Origin: a virus
Length of the DNA: 64,000 nt
IMG/VR virus record: IMGVR_UViG_3300032163_000002
Coordinates: 1 to 64,000 of that record
Strand: one strand, 5' to 3'
Shown here: one piece after another, positions 28,044-39,931 of the stretch
Numbering within the stretch: the first letter of the stretch is position 1
Layout: each line of letters opens with the position of its first letter
Position numbers and translations under genes: made by a program
The notes under the pieces: generated by a model
What the model saw: the letters and a program-made list of their open reading frames with translations, nothing else
Told to the model about the DNA's origin: nothing
The model's database searches: none

Positions 28044-28724
28044 TCAACCGAAAAAGCTACAGATGCTGAATACGATGATCCAGACCACAAGGTACACTCC
28101 CACTTGCTGAAGCTTCTTCGCACGCTGGTACATATAAATCGGAAGAATCCAGAACCATCGCTCTAGCAAAGTGATGTCATGCCCGGCTTTACGAATCTTC
28201 ATTGCATCAACCAAACATAAAACACAGCTCACGAGAGCATAAATCCCCCACCGGTAAGGGGAGAGAAACTTGAAATGAAACGCTATCCACTCTGAGATAG
28301 ACCCCGCTGGAAAGGCTATGAAAATCGGCAGAAGCGCAATGATCCACATAAGCCAGCCATCAACTGCTGACTTACCTGTTAACGGCGGAGGTACAAAAAA
28401 GAACCCAGCCAGCTTCGTTTCCGCCGCAGGAATCCAACCCTGCATTCCAAACGTCCAGACCAGCGTTTCACGAAGAATATCTCCCTGCTGAATCAACACA
28501 GTCACCGCCGACTCTTGCATCGGGCCTTCCCGCACTCCGTTCTTCACAAAGAACCAGCCTGTTGAAACAGGAGGAGGAGAAACCGTCGGATGAACAGCAG
28601 GAAATTTCCCGAATTCTCCGGGATCGGTGGAGCATTGACTCGTCATAACATTTTTCCTTTCTTTTCTCTCCGAAATTCCAATCTTTCGATCTGGCCTCGA
28701 AGCTTGAAATACTTCCGTGTCCAC
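28044..28724 (-). CDS. GYF_2 (DUF4339) domain membrane protein
   Basis: WFFVKNGVREGP...GDI..ETLVW..GM.GW.PA then TM helices; probable start about 28646. Confidence 0.8.
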   Translation of the reverse strand: MDTEVFQASRPDRKIGISERKERKNVMTSQCSTDPGEFGKFPAVHPTVSPPPVSTGWFFVKNGVREGPMQESAVTVLIQQGDILRETLVWTFGMQGWIPAAETKLAGFFFVPPPLTGKSAVDGWLMWIIALLPIFIAFPAGSISEWIAFHFKFLSPYRWGIYALVSCVLCLVDAMKIRKAGHDITLLERWFWILPIYMYQRAKKLQQVGVYLVVWIIVFSICSFFG

Positions 28725-29026
28725 ATCGAATCATTTTTGCGACATCCGATGCTGTTCACGTCGCAGGTATGTAACGTACACATGGGGCGCAAGTGAGGAG
28801 CAGCAACGCACCCCAACGGCCCCATAAGTGCAAGCTTCGAATGCCCGGTAGAAGCCAATATCATTCCCCACGATTTAGAGGCGTGCTCCATCGCCATTTC
28901 GCAATATTCTGGTGAACAGCAGCGAAATTCAGAAAATTTACCACAGTCAATACCACAAACAGGCGCCGTCAAATTGGACATCTGCTGATACAGGTCTATC
29001 AAGCGTTCGCGTGTATTTTCAGTCAT
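28643..29026 (-). CDS. Cys-rich hypothetical protein
   Basis: C..CCSPEYC...GC..PHLRPMCTLHTC. Confidence 0.6.
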   Translation of the reverse strand: MTENTRERLIDLYQQMSNLTAPVCGIDCGKFSEFRCCSPEYCEMAMEHASKSWGMILASTGHSKLALMGPLGCVAAPHLRPMCTLHTCDVNSIGCRKNDSMWTRKYFKLRGQIERLEFRREKKGKML

Positions 29027-29239
29027 GCTTTTTCCACAGGATAATTTTCAGGATGAGTCCAACCAGACTGACACGACTTGCACAAGCTGAGCTTGCGCTC
29101 CTCGTCAGAAAAAAGTGGCACTCCACATGGCCGTGTTTCCCATGTCGCTTCAGCATCCTCACTTTTTCCTGTGGTGATATTCAGCTCGAAATGTCTAATC
29201 CTCATCCGACGTAGCTTCGTGCAGTTCATGGTTTTCTCC

Positions 29240-30454
29240 TCAAAAGGGGCACTCATCATTCTCGACGACCGCTGCTTCGACCTGTGCGGTCTCAACGCTC
29301 ACGTAGCCGAGCTTCGTATTCTTGATACCACGAAATTCATCGTGACCCTTGACCTTCGCCGTCACCGTATAAACCCGATGCTCGACCAGCTTGGGGTCAT
29401 CATTAGAAAACCACACAGCTTCGTAGCCGTCTTCGTTCTCGAAGCGCACGAGGTAATAAGTACCCTTAACCGTGATGATGAGAACCTTGAGTTTGAACTC
29501 CTCCCGCTTCCCGACTGTACCGAACCAACCAGACGACCGAGAAGCTCTCGCAACATCATCTTGCGCCCGTTTGTAGGCCACGATGATACTTCCCGCGTAT
29601 CCAGCCGGCCTGTACTCTACAGAGCCGAATCCAGCGATTACACGGACGTTGTGGAGGTAGTCGCTCTCAGCCTCTTCCGGAAGATTCTCAGCCCACTCCT
29701 GCGCCTTTTCCGCAATGATGCGATCCGCTGCATTCGGATTCGGACGCTCTCCCGGCACATGAGTAGCAGGGAAATATTTGTTCCATACGATATGCGCCGT
29801 AGAAACCCTTTCCTCCTCATGCGCCACTTTCCCGGAAACCCATCCATTCTCCCGAATTTCCTCTGCCGTAGCAGCAAGGAACTCGGCGAGATCAATGCTG
29901 TAGGTTTCCGCCCTGCTGCCGATACTGGTATACCAGTCTTTCGTTTCAGCAGCCTCCACCTCTTCACGAATTCTGAAGAGAAGATCAGCGTACTTGGCGA
30001 CGGACTCAGGACTCGAATGCCCGAGAAAATCCTTGAGGCAGGTCCGTCCGACCTGCTTGCTCTTGCCATCCTCATGAGTCAGAACGAACGTGTCGTTCCG
30101 CTTCCGAGAGAGGTTGCAGTGCTCCCACCGGGTCGGATCGGCCTCCCGGTATTCCTTCGGAAGCGTCTGGCCCGGAGCTGTCCGGATAACCGACTCCTCG
30201 CCGAGAATCTGAAGGGATGCCACGAAGGTCCAGCCGTTCAGCTTGGGGGCATCACCCTCGACGCTGATCTCAGCGTACCGAGTGACCTTACCCCGCTCCT
30301 CCTTGACGTTGACCCACTGAAGAATGTTCAGCGTAGGAGCCGGGAAACCGAGCTTCACGGCCTTTTTCCCGGCTTGTACCAGCTTCGCCTCGATGACAGG
30401 GAGCGCATCAGCTAGGACACGGAAAGTAGCGGGAAGGGTCGGCTGAGTCGTCAT
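29240..30454 (-). CDS. Conserved phage protein with Zn-ribbon and C-terminal OB-like domain
   Basis: EHC..R.RNDTF...KQVGRTCLKDFLG; GTVGKRE...AKVKGHDEFRGIKNT; first gene after a class 1 promoter. Confidence 0.6.
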   Translation of the reverse strand: MTTQPTLPATFRVLADALPVIEAKLVQAGKKAVKLGFPAPTLNILQWVNVKEERGKVTRYAEISVEGDAPKLNGWTFVASLQILGEESVIRTAPGQTLPKEYREADPTRWEHCNLSRKRNDTFVLTHEDGKSKQVGRTCLKDFLGHSSPESVAKYADLLFRIREEVEAAETKDWYTSIGSRAETYSIDLAEFLAATAEEIRENGWVSGKVAHEEERVSTAHIVWNKYFPATHVPGERPNPNAADRIIAEKAQEWAENLPEEAESDYLHNVRVIAGFGSVEYRPAGYAGSIIVAYKRAQDDVARASRSSGWFGTVGKREEFKLKVLIITVKGTYYLVRFENEDGYEAVWFSNDDPKLVEHRVYTVTAKVKGHDEFRGIKNTKLGYVSVETAQVEAAVVENDECPF

Positions 30455-30476
30455 ACTGGTTTCTCCTGACCCCTTA

Positions 30477-30505
30477 AATATAGGTTATTTATTACAGAAA
30501 GTCAA
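30477..30505 (-). promoter_or_regulatory. Class 1 early sigma70 promoter
   Basis: TTGACT-ttctgtaataaataacc-TATATT. Confidence 0.85.
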
Positions 30506-31800
30506 GAGGAACGTATCTTATTGCAGGAATTCCATTTATGCGATTTTCCCGGTTTTCGGATCAAGCCCGAGCCTTTTCCGCAGATTCCTGATATCAGTCT
30601 TGATGTGCTCGATACGTGCCGCGCGGTAAATCGGGTTTACCGTTACGCTGGTAGAGGTATTTTCCAGCAGAGCGAGAACTTTCTCGTGCTGACGAAGCGC
30701 GTTCTTTCTTTTTTCTTCCTTGGTCTGCATTTCCTTATCCTTTTTCAAGTTTTTCATCATAGTTACTAGCACGAATTTCAAGCCACTCGCAAAAGTTCGT
30801 TCGCCAGCCTCTACCACCTTGGCAGGCAAACCCGTAAGACCACAAAATAACAAACCGCCGCCAAGTCCGAACCGGAATAAGCTTGAGATCATGGCGTAGG
30901 CTAATCCAAAAAATATGACGATCAGCTTTGTCCAACAGGTTAAATTCAAAAGGTGGTTTCGCTGGCGCCAACCATAAGTGTTCATATGCCGTATCACGAA
31001 CCATATGCGGGTAGTGCCAAAAACGACGCAACTTCTACCAGAAATTCATTTTTTGACTCTCTTCGGATACGCGAGCTTCGTTGGCTTTCCCTTGTCATTG
31101 AGCACGATGATCTTCATTTTCTCGGGATCTGGCATAGTAGATTCCGGGTGCTCCTTGGCGAGCCTCTTCAACATTTTCTCGAACTCAGACAAGAAAGCAT
31201 CTTCGTTCATGACTTTTTCTCAATGTAGTTCAGTGCCTCACGCTTGCTGAAGAACATTTTCGAACCCCTGTCTTTTCCGTTACGATCAAGCGGGCGAATC
31301 GCTACACCGAAAATTGGTTCATGCAAAAACCCTGTCCCTTCAGAAAACTCAACGTATCCAAATCCGCGACGAAGCTTGTAGTACCCGATAATTTCCGGAG
31401 TCATAAAATTCACGCCCCGAAAAACCCCCTGTGGTTTGTTGATTGACTTAAACATTCTACAGCTCCCGCCCGAGGCCGACGGCGGCAAGAGCGCAGGAGA
31501 AAGCCCGGCGAGCTTCGGTAACAGCGTAGACCTCAAGCGGATGTTTGACGCCATTGATCGCGTGATACTGCGCGACCTCGGCGTGATACTCGCGGGCGAT
31601 AGAATCCCGGATTGCCCGGACGGCGTTCGCGCCGTGCTCCACAGCCACGGCGGCCTCTTGCAGCCGGATGCCGGCGTATCGCGGGCGGTTCGCGGGGATG
31701 GGCGTGCGGGTGCGGACGAGATTCGCCCACAAGGCAAGAGCTTCGAGAGCTTCGAGTCTTTCGGTTTTCGTCATACTATTTTCCTCCTGTAACCACCTTC

Positions 31801-31829
31801 AATATAGGTTACTTATTACAGAAAGTCAA
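31801..31829 (-). promoter_or_regulatory. Class 1 early sigma70 promoter
   Basis: TTGACT-ttctgtaataagtaacc-TATATT. Confidence 0.85.
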
Positions 31830-33274
31830 GGAAAATTTAAGTCCTTACAGGGCGATCACTTGACGGACTTTAGCCTCAGATAACAGCAGCTCTAGGCTGC
31901 TTTTCGCAGGCCATTCAAACGAAACAGCGGATCTATCAGATGAATCCTGTGGATGAAGCTTCACCGACACCTGCCCTCGAAGATCCCGAAGTTCCGACAA
32001 CACTGCAAGGATGGCCGAACACTCAGCACGTTCATAACTGACAGGCTCCTTGATCTTTTCGCGTGCTTCGATCTTTTCAAGTAGATGTTTAGCCCGACCT
32101 TCAAGCCGTAAGATATGAGGAGACAAGGCGAATTTCATGCCAACTTCCTTCATACCCGTTTCTTGCCCCAATAGGCTTCCGAAAAATGTACCGCTACCGG
32201 AGAATATTCCGGGTAATACTTGCGGATCAGATGGACACCCGCATGTTCCTCATTCGGTCGTGCAGCATCACCGGATTTCAAAATGTAGAGTTTGTCTACG
32301 AACCAACACTCGGGCTCGTGAAGCGTTGTGTTCCGATAGCAACCCCAAAAATATCCGATCACCTGTCGAATCCAATCCTGCACTTCTGGTGCATCGAGTG
32401 GAAGAGGCACCCACGAATCGAGCTTTGCTTTCGCGGCAGCTCGCGTAGCAGCATCGAGCCATTCACAATCGACAGCACCCGAAAGCGACATGCTTCCTCG
32501 ATTCTCAGGGCGCTGTCGAAGATCCGTCTCGATTGAATACTTGTGCTCTGGATGCCCCGGTGGATTAAGAAATCCCCCTGCCCCTGTATTAACGATGCGC
32601 CCCTTTTCGCTCATATTCCTTTCCTTCTTCCTGTAAACAACAGGATTTATTTTTCACGCGACGATGAAACCGTCAGCCCTGATCCCTTTGACGATATCTT
32701 CGATATACCGATGCTCAACCACGTAGCTATCCCCCCAGCGCGTTGCGTCTTCCGGAAGATGCTCGACACACCATTCCAGAGCGTTCTCTGTCTTCGGCCA
32801 AAGGATAAACACCGTTCCCTCGTTCTGCACGATGAAATCAGGGATTTTTGCTTCTTTTTTTTCCCGCGCTTCACGAAGTTCTTTGAGACACTCTGCGATC
32901 AAGGTATCGTCGGGATACGGATAATTCATGACGTTTCCCCTTCTGACGGCTGCGCCGTCCACTTGTTTTCCAAAACTTTCTTAGCCATACCTTCGATAAC
33001 ACGCCACCTAGCAACCTGAATTCCAAGAATAACCGAAGCCCCAACCTCTTCCTGTTCTTTTCTCCACGCCACAATATTTTCAACGATGAGCTTAAGCACT
33101 TCCTCCTGAGCCTTCACCTTATCAAGCAATTTCATGGAAGTATCCATGACATCCAAAACAGCCTTCGATACCTGCTGTTCAAGGGTGCGGGTAATCTCCA
33201 CAGGAATTTCCGTAGGATGAACAATCACCATTGACACGACCTCAGCCTTTTCCACTTCAACCGGAACATTAACT

Positions 33275-33361
33275 GGTGGCTCAGGCTTCGGTGGCTCAGG
33301 CTTCGGTGGCTCAGGCTTCGGTGGCTCAGGCTTCGGTGGCTCAGGCTTCGGTGGCTCAGGC
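33275..33361. repeat. 15-bp tandem repeat, 5 full copies plus a partial, encoding (EPPKP)n
   Basis: ggtggctcaggcttc repeated perfectly within 32926..33594. Confidence 0.95.
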
Positions 33362-33632
33362 GTCCCCACGGCAGAGACACGCTGAATTTCCCGGACTAGC
33401 TGCTTGAGAGTAATTTCATGAAGCTTTCTACCGGGAGCCGTGGCTTTCCATCCTGTGCTCGTGCGAAAAATCTCGAACTTAAGCCAACCGGGATGCTGAT
33501 ACGTCGGCACCCCTTTGGCGTCTACACCAATCACATGCAGCAAGTCTCCCAAGACTAGCCGATGCGTATGAACAGTGCCCTTTTTTCGCCCCATTTTTTT
33601 TCCCTTCTGTCACATCTCGCAGCCACGGTCAC

Positions 33633-33661
33633 AAGATAGGTTACTTATTACAAAAAGTCAA
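33633..33661 (-). promoter_or_regulatory. Class 1 early sigma70 promoter
   Basis: TTGACT-N17-TATCTT with same spacer. Confidence 0.8.
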
Positions 33662-34335
33662 GAGCTTTTTTGAAGATATAAAACTGCCGCAAGAAGGCGT
33701 GAAACGTCCTCATTAAAAAGACCGATAGCTGAATTACAACGAGTGCATAGTAATCCGCGAAATCGCATAGTTATATGATTATGATCAAAGGTTAAACGAG
33801 TGAATCTTTTAGCTGTTTCTGGTTGACCGCAAATCTCACAGGCGGAACACGCCTTTAACTTCTCTAGTGCTAGGGCTAAATCCTCAGCAGAAAAGCCAAG
33901 CTTTTTACAAGCACGGCGCAGCCTTTGCGCATAAACCTTCTTTGGGTTTTCATTCTTACGATATTGCTGTTTTCGGGCTTTGCGCTCTTCGAGGGGGAGT
34001 TTTTGCCAGTAAGAGCGATTCATCACAGAATCACATTTCCGACACCAAGAACGAAGACTGTGTACCCTCTCCCCACTACGAGGGGAAAACTCCACAAAAG
34101 GAAACCATTTCTTACACCGGGAACACCGCTTTAGCTTACGCTGAATATCACGTACTTTTGACCCATGAATTCTGCGCACATGCTTACCCGAAGCTTCATC
34201 GCGCTGACTACGCTGAAGACTCTGGCAGACACGACAACGATACCGTCGAGCCTTTTTTCCATTCCTGCGTCGAAAGAAAGGAAAAGCATTAAGAGGCTTT
34301 TCAGTGCAACAGGCTAAGCAGTATCTAGTTCTCAC
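33658..34335 (-). CDS. Recombination endonuclease VII-domain protein (probable homing endonuclease)
   Basis: CEICG...FDHNH...FRGLLCTRCNSAIG; two N-terminal Zn fingers. Confidence 0.85.
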   Translation of the reverse strand: MRTRYCLACCTEKPLNAFPFFRRRNGKKARRYRCRVCQSLQRSQRDEASGKHVRRIHGSKVRDIQRKLKRCSRCKKWFPFVEFSPRSGERVHSLRSWCRKCDSVMNRSYWQKLPLEERKARKQQYRKNENPKKVYAQRLRRACKKLGFSAEDLALALEKLKACSACEICGQPETAKRFTRLTFDHNHITMRFRGLLCTRCNSAIGLFNEDVSRLLAAVLYLQKSS

Positions 34336-34808
34336 GCGATTCCAAGAATCTTAACACACTCGGGACCAATTCCATTGGCCCGATCAAGACTGGCGGGAAC
34401 CGTCAGGGTTTTCCCGCAGCGGCCACAGTGACCAGCATGGTAGACCTTGACCTGTACAGGCAGGTTGCCGTCAATCAGGTGCTTCCAGAACCACGCGAAG
34501 GCGATACAAGAAGGAGCCTTCTCGGTGATCCGCGACTTGAAAGACCGCTGGAATTTCGCGCCACCCTCGAAGAGCATCCCAAGAAATTCGTAGTGATAGT
34601 CGTTGTCGCAACCAGTCAAGACCGCCACGAAAAAGATCAGGTTCGTCGGGCCTTTCTGCTCTTTCGGAACAGAGATCCGATACGTGAAGCGATTCTTCGT
34701 TTCAGTGTTCAGGATCGTGAACTTGGCGCGACCCGCAAGACAGTAACTCTTGGAATCGACGACCGGACTGGCTGGAATCGGAGGAAGAGTGAGAAGCTGA
34801 CTCGTCAT
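34332..34808 (-). CDS. DUF6011-like protein
   Basis: HAGHCGRCGKTLT.P.S...GIGPEC; start re-called at MTSQ. Confidence 0.7.
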   Translation of the reverse strand: MTSQLLTLPPIPASPVVDSKSYCLAGRAKFTILNTETKNRFTYRISVPKEQKGPTNLIFFVAVLTGCDNDYHYEFLGMLFEGGAKFQRSFKSRITEKAPSCIAFAWFWKHLIDGNLPVQVKVYHAGHCGRCGKTLTVPASLDRANGIGPECVKILGIA

Positions 34809-34845
34809 TTTCGATTTCCTTCTGCCGCTCTCTGCGGCCACCTAT

Positions 34846-34874
34846 AAGATAAGTTACTTATGCCAGAAAGTCAA
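34846..34874 (-). promoter_or_regulatory. Class 1 early sigma70 promoter
   Basis: TTGACT-ttctggcataagtaact-TATCTT. Confidence 0.8.
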
Positions 34875-34925
34875 GGGAATTTTTTAGTCCTTTGTTTTCA
34901 ATCACTTACAGATTTCTTTTCAGCT

Positions 34926-37900
34926 TCAGCCTGAGCTTTGAATTCCTCGGGAGAAGCAATTGAATTCCTCGGGAGAAGCAATCACGCTCAAGCAAAGCAT
35001 CGCGTTCTCAAGAAAACGCTCCATACCTAAGATATATTCCGGCATCGCGTCCTTCTCGTAGCTAAGCACTGAATTCTTGATGAGAAGGAGAAGCTCTTCT
35101 GGAGATTTCGGCTGTTGCACAGGTAATTTAACTGAAAAATGCTTGAGACCTTTCGTATAAAGCTCCCATGCACATGCTGCCATCATGATGTCTTTCAGAA
35201 GAAGATGCACTCCATGTAACTTGTCTGCGTGCTGCTTCTCGAATTTCCGCGCACGAACAGCTTCATCCCGAAGCTTCGGAACACACATATCAGCAAAACC
35301 ATGTAGAGCAAGATCCAGAAGTAATTGTTCCCACTCTTCATTCGTCATTCTTTTTTCGTCCATCACCGCTAATTCCTCACAATCTTCAACCCGCAACGCG
35401 GACACACGAAATAAGCTGGCGGCTCCACACCAGACAAAATTATTGTCGCTGTGCATCGCGGACAATACACATAAGTCGTATCTCGCGCTTCAAGAGCATC
35501 CGCAAATCGACACGACGGTTCCGGACATTTTCCTTCAACTAGCGGAACAAGCTGATGATTATGTTGATGTATCAACCGCATCTGACAAACCAGCTCTTTG
35601 ATGCCCTTTTGACGAGTCTGCTCCGTAGTCACGTTACACTCACCCCTTTCAAATCCGCAAGAGCCATCTCCTCTTCGATAATGGGAAGTTTCAATTTCTT
35701 TCGATTCGATATCCGGGTTTTAAGTGCGTGAATATTGAAAATCCACGACAAACGAAATTCTTTACCATCTCCAGCCACCCGCGCGAACCGCACCAATTTC
35801 GGAGCTTTATCCACAAGCCCCACATAAACGAGCGCATTCGGTACTTCCTCTTCCATCATCATCTCCTACTGAGGATGAGCGAGTATATATAGCCGCGTAT
35901 CCCGCTCTTCACGAACATGCTCTTCACTCGTAGCATCCGCTGCAATTTCAAAATAAACCTGACAAAGCTGATTTATCTCTTTCTGTTCTTCACGTAATCT
36001 GTACGCCTCATTCGCCTGCGTAACCAACGCATTTACATCGTTAATCACGTCAAGCGCTGTATGATCTTCAGGAACCGGATCATGCCGCGCCCCCGCGATA
36101 ATGAGTAGCACCTTACGCGCCGTCACTAGTTCAACGCGCGTCGTATCCCACTCACACTCCATGTTTGCCTTGTAACGATGCATTACCAGCAATGAAATCA
36201 AACCACCAAGGAAAACAGAAGAACCAATCCACACGATGACTATGAACGGCGTAGCGTTATCTATTACCTCAAAAAAATGAGTCATAATTTTTCCTTTTTC
36301 AACGTAGTAGCCGGACCAAGCAACGGGGGCACCTTCCCGGTTTTATATGCCTCAACAATATGATGCCCGACAGATTCTCCAACTGTGGAGCCGTCGGGGA
36401 GCATAATTTGTGCAAAAAATGCTTCGTCAAAAGTCTCAATATTGTCAGCAGCGCTCTGTAATTTCGCTTTGATCGCCAGCGCAAGCCCACGCCAGCGTGA
36501 GCGGCTCTCCTGCTCCCATGCCTTCTGCCAATCTCCCGGATTTCGTTTCGTACGACCCGTAGGTGTCTTTTTGAAGCATTGATCTTCCTTTACCGGAAGA
36601 GGCAAGATGAACTTGATTCGTCGATTTTGAAGCTCAAACTGAATAACCGCTGCGTCATTTTTCCAACCATAGACAAAAGCGGTTGCACCATATTTTGTCA
36701 GAAGCCCTTCGATTTCAGCGCGAGAGCGGTCAGAAGAAACAATCGTGGCAGCAGCGTAACGACGAAATCTCATTTCTCAATCCTCGCACAAGCTGCCCGA
36801 ATTTCTTCAATACGCACGTTTACGACTATATACCCATCGCGCCGATATTCTTCCACTGCCTCAGCCACTTCATGTTCTCTCCCCCACCAACATTCACACC
36901 CCCACACAACATCTCCATTGTCAAGCCGAAGTTTAGGGTTCGAGACAGAACTTTCTACCAAAAGCTTCGCCATCCAACCACAAGCTGTTAGGGGAATTTC
37001 ATCACCTTCATAAACTCCATACCCAAGAAAACGCACGATTTTTTGCTCACCGCCAGCACCAAGAATCGCACCGATACGTTCACCTGCTTTTTTCACTTCA
37101 ATCCGCCTCGGCATCATAAAACGGCCCGTTTGCTATAAAAGCCTTGTTTGCTTCAACCCAATGAGCCCCACGACGACCCTCTTCCGCCAAACGTTTTAGA
37201 GCAGCTTTTCCTTTCGTCCACCGAAGTATATCTTCAGCATCTTCATAACCGACCCTATTCACAGCCGCATCCAAAACCTGCATAGTTGCATAAAGCCCGA
37301 CACGAGCAAGGCGATCTTTCATCCGAACCAGATCCACGATAATCCGAACACGTTCTCGCTTCTCTTCCACGGTCAACGGTCGGCCTTTACCGGGAACCAA
37401 ATTTTCTTTTTTCATGAAAGCTCATCCATGCCCGATGCCTGCTCTTCGTCTTCAACCTCACCGGAAATACCTTCAACGAAGACCTCTGCCGATTCCGAAG
37501 TCTGCCCCTCAACCTTCGGCGCGGAAATCATCTTTCCGAGCTTTCCACAGGAACAGGTAATGACGTAGTGGAGCACGAAACCATAGAACGACCGGCGATA
37601 TCGAGAAGGCGTTCCGGGCTTGCCGTCACTGCGCGACGTGCGTTCAGAATCGGTCTCCTCGACCGAAAGCTTGTGCTCCTCACCCTCCGGATACGTGCCC
37701 ACTGTGTGCCCCTTGCAGTCTTCGGCATGATCATTCTCAGGATTGAAGTTCGCTTCCGTCAATTCCGTGCCGCACTGGTCGCAAGCATTGACGATACACA
37801 CTTCAACGGTCACATGCCCGTCTTCGTCAATGTCGATAGAATTGATTTCGGGTTCCTGCTCTTCAAACCCGACAAACTTATTGCAATCACCACAGCGTGC

Positions 37901-38315
37901 CATTTTATTTTCCTCCTCCTATTCTACGTTTTCCGACGGCGGAGGGGAAATACCCATCCGCCAGAGTTTCCACTTTGCCAGTGCAATCTCTTCCTTCAAG
38001 TCGCGCATTTCGATTTGCCTTTTTACGAGCTTTTCCCGTGCATGTGCGATAACAGCACGAAGCCATGCGATTTCTTCTTCACATTCACCCACGTCAATTC
38101 TCCTGAAAATTGAAATAGACGCGGGGCGCGTGCTTGAATATGAACGTCCCCTTCTTTCCGTCAGACTTTCGAATGACAACGACAAAGGGGGCCATAAATC
38201 CCTCAACATCATAATCACGGGTCAATTCTTCGGTCGAAATCCCTTCCGGCGTCTCGGGATTGCTGTTGATACTATTCACCATTACACGGCGAACATTTTC
38301 AGTCGGATCGCTCAC
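34926..38315 (-). other. Run of about 10 short hypothetical early genes
   Basis: Overlapping start/stop minus-strand ORFs (35369, 35629, 35866, 36282, 36770, 37098, 37412, 38094); 36282..36773 has a YA..T.VS.DRSRAEIE N-terminus common in phages. Confidence 0.6.
34938..34981. repeat. Perfect 22-bp tandem duplication
   Basis: ttgaattcctcgggagaagcaa x2. Confidence 0.95.
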
Positions 38316-38781
38316 TTCTCACCTCCGCTCTACAACGTTGATAGCTTGCCCGTGCTTCCATTGCATGACATGGACGACAACGACGTTTTTCATTAAGCAA
38401 ATGCCCACGCGGACAATGCGTTTTTCTCGCATTCCTTGCTGAGACCGTATCCCCACGCAGGAGATTTTCCCGTCGTGTTACTAATTCAAGGTGAGCAGGA
38501 TTCACACACGCCTTTGAACAAAGGGCTTGACGAAGACCGGGATTCAAACGAAAATGATCAAGTTCTTTTCCTTTCGGAATTGACCCTTTCAAATTTTCGT
38601 AAGCGAACCGATGAGTCAACACAGCACGATAAGACCCATCTGTTCTAGACCCCACACGAAAATACCCATATCCACTTCGAAGCAAAGCCCCGCGCCAAAG
38701 CCAACACCCGAAACTTGATTTCATTTCTACCATCCGAAAAAACCGATCAAGCGGAGGCTTAGGAATAGGCCCCTTTAACAT
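38299..38781 (-). CDS. HNH endonuclease (paralog of 27254..27775)
   Basis: CWLW.G...GYG...HRFAY...DHFRLNPG...CVNPAHLELVT.REN. Confidence 0.9.
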   Translation of the reverse strand: MLKGPIPKPPLDRFFRMVEMKSSFGCWLWRGALLRSGYGYFRVGSRTDGSYRAVLTHRFAYENLKGSIPKGKELDHFRLNPGLRQALCSKACVNPAHLELVTRRENLLRGDTVSARNARKTHCPRGHLLNEKRRCRPCHAMEARASYQRCRAEVRSERSD

Positions 38782-39224
38782 TTCACAAACTCAAGTAATG
38801 GAACGACTTTTTCCGGCACAAAAATTATCGCTTCTTGAGTAGCATACGAGAATTCGTGCCACGAATCCGGCCCAGCTTTGTCAAGCGCTTTCTGAAGCTT
38901 CTCGCCTGAAGCATCCGTAAGCTTCATTCGAGTGCCAGAAGCGCCTACCCGAACCGCCACCCGAAAGCGCTTGATTTCCTTCGGAACGACTACTTCGACT
39001 TCGGCAGGGTCCGTGATATGCCTCGTGGGAATGCTCTGCGCCTGCCACGAAGGCTTTTGCACCACGTTCCCGTCCTTGTCCTTGGGCCGGGGTCGTCCAC
39101 GACTTGCTCGGGTCACACAGGTCAGCAGAGCCCCACACGAAGATGCCATCCCGATCTTTGAGCCAACCACGTACGATTTCAGCCGCCGCAGCCTTAATAC
39201 GATGAAGCCCCTGATTCGACACAT
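38775..39224 (-). CDS. Hypothetical early protein
   Basis: Follows class 2 promoter; AGGAGG RBS. Confidence 0.5.
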   Translation of the reverse strand: MCRIRGFIVLRLRRLKSYVVGSKIGMASSCGALLTCVTRASRGRPRPKDKDGNVVQKPSWQAQSIPTRHITDPAEVEVVVPKEIKRFRVAVRVGASGTRMKLTDASGEKLQKALDKAGPDSWHEFSYATQEAIIFVPEKVVPLLEFVKC

Positions 39225-39246
39225 TCAGCTTCCTCCTGACAGCCTT

Positions 39247-39275
39247 AACTTACACTCGTAAGATCAAAAAGTCAA
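39247..39275 (-). promoter_or_regulatory. Class 2 sigma70 promoter with CTTAC-N4-GTAAG palindrome
   Basis: TTGACT-ttttgatcttacgagtg-TAAGTT. Confidence 0.8.
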
Positions 39276-39931
39276 GGAGTATTTTCAGGCGAGGTTCCAT
39301 GACCTTTCCGAAGAAGACTTTCCCGCGCTTTTTTCAGCAGATCCTCCACCTTCGGCTTCCGCGCGGCCTTTACCTTCACCTTCAACGGAGCAATCTCCAG
39401 CATCCGGACTCGACGTTCATGGTATTTCACCGTTGCCTCCCACGTCTTGAGCTTCGTCTCGGTGAGCTTGAGCTTCGTGGTCCATCGCGCGACCTGAGCG
39501 CGCGCGTGCTGAAGCCGTGTACTAACCCGAATAGCGGGTGTGATTTTCTTGATGACAGGCACGCACTGGTCCAGTGGAAATGTGTTCAAGTAGGCGTAAT
39601 ACATATTCCAATTTCCAGAGTAGGAATATCGCGGACAGCCTTTCGTAACATCACGCCCAACTCCACAAATCATCCGCGCCATCGCCCACGCGAGCACCAC
39701 GCCAAATGGAGCCATATGAATAGAACGGTTGAATGTTCTTGGAAGACGCAGTCGGAGATACGCCCCCATGCCAGTCCTGCCTCCGCGACACTGAGGCCAA
39801 CGCCCACGAGTATAATCCACCCTGACTGCGAGCGCCTTCCGCTGAGCTGAGTTCAGTTCATCATCGGCCACACGTCGAATAATTGCCTTCAGGTGCTTCG
39901 TATCGTAGGTCGTCGCATTTACAATTTTCAT
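39272..39931 (-). CDS. Basic protein with C-terminal coiled coil
   Basis: MKIVN.T.YDT..L; W.TKLK..ETKLK. Confidence 0.6.
   Translation of the reverse strand: MKIVNATTYDTKHLKAIIRRVADDELNSAQRKALAVRVDYTRGRWPQCRGGRTGMGAYLRLRLPRTFNRSIHMAPFGVVLAWAMARMICGVGRDVTKGCPRYSYSGNWNMYYAYLNTFPLDQCVPVIKKITPAIRVSTRLQHARAQVARWTTKLKLTETKLKTWEATVKYHERRVRMLEIAPLKVKVKAARKPKVEDLLKKARESLLRKGHGTSPENTP

Larger units (their letters stand above)
30536..33594 (-). other. Run of about 8 short hypothetical early genes
   Basis: Tightly packed minus-strand ORFs (e.g. 31457..31774, 31845..32171, 32150..32614, 32654..32962, 32926..33594); no recognisable family. Confidence 0.6.

Noticed and set aside
29078-30415. Long plus-strand ORFs (445 aa here; also 265..987, 40851..41801 and others)
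   Set aside because: Antisense shadows of well-supported minus-strand genes; no motifs or RBS, and all promoters point the other way
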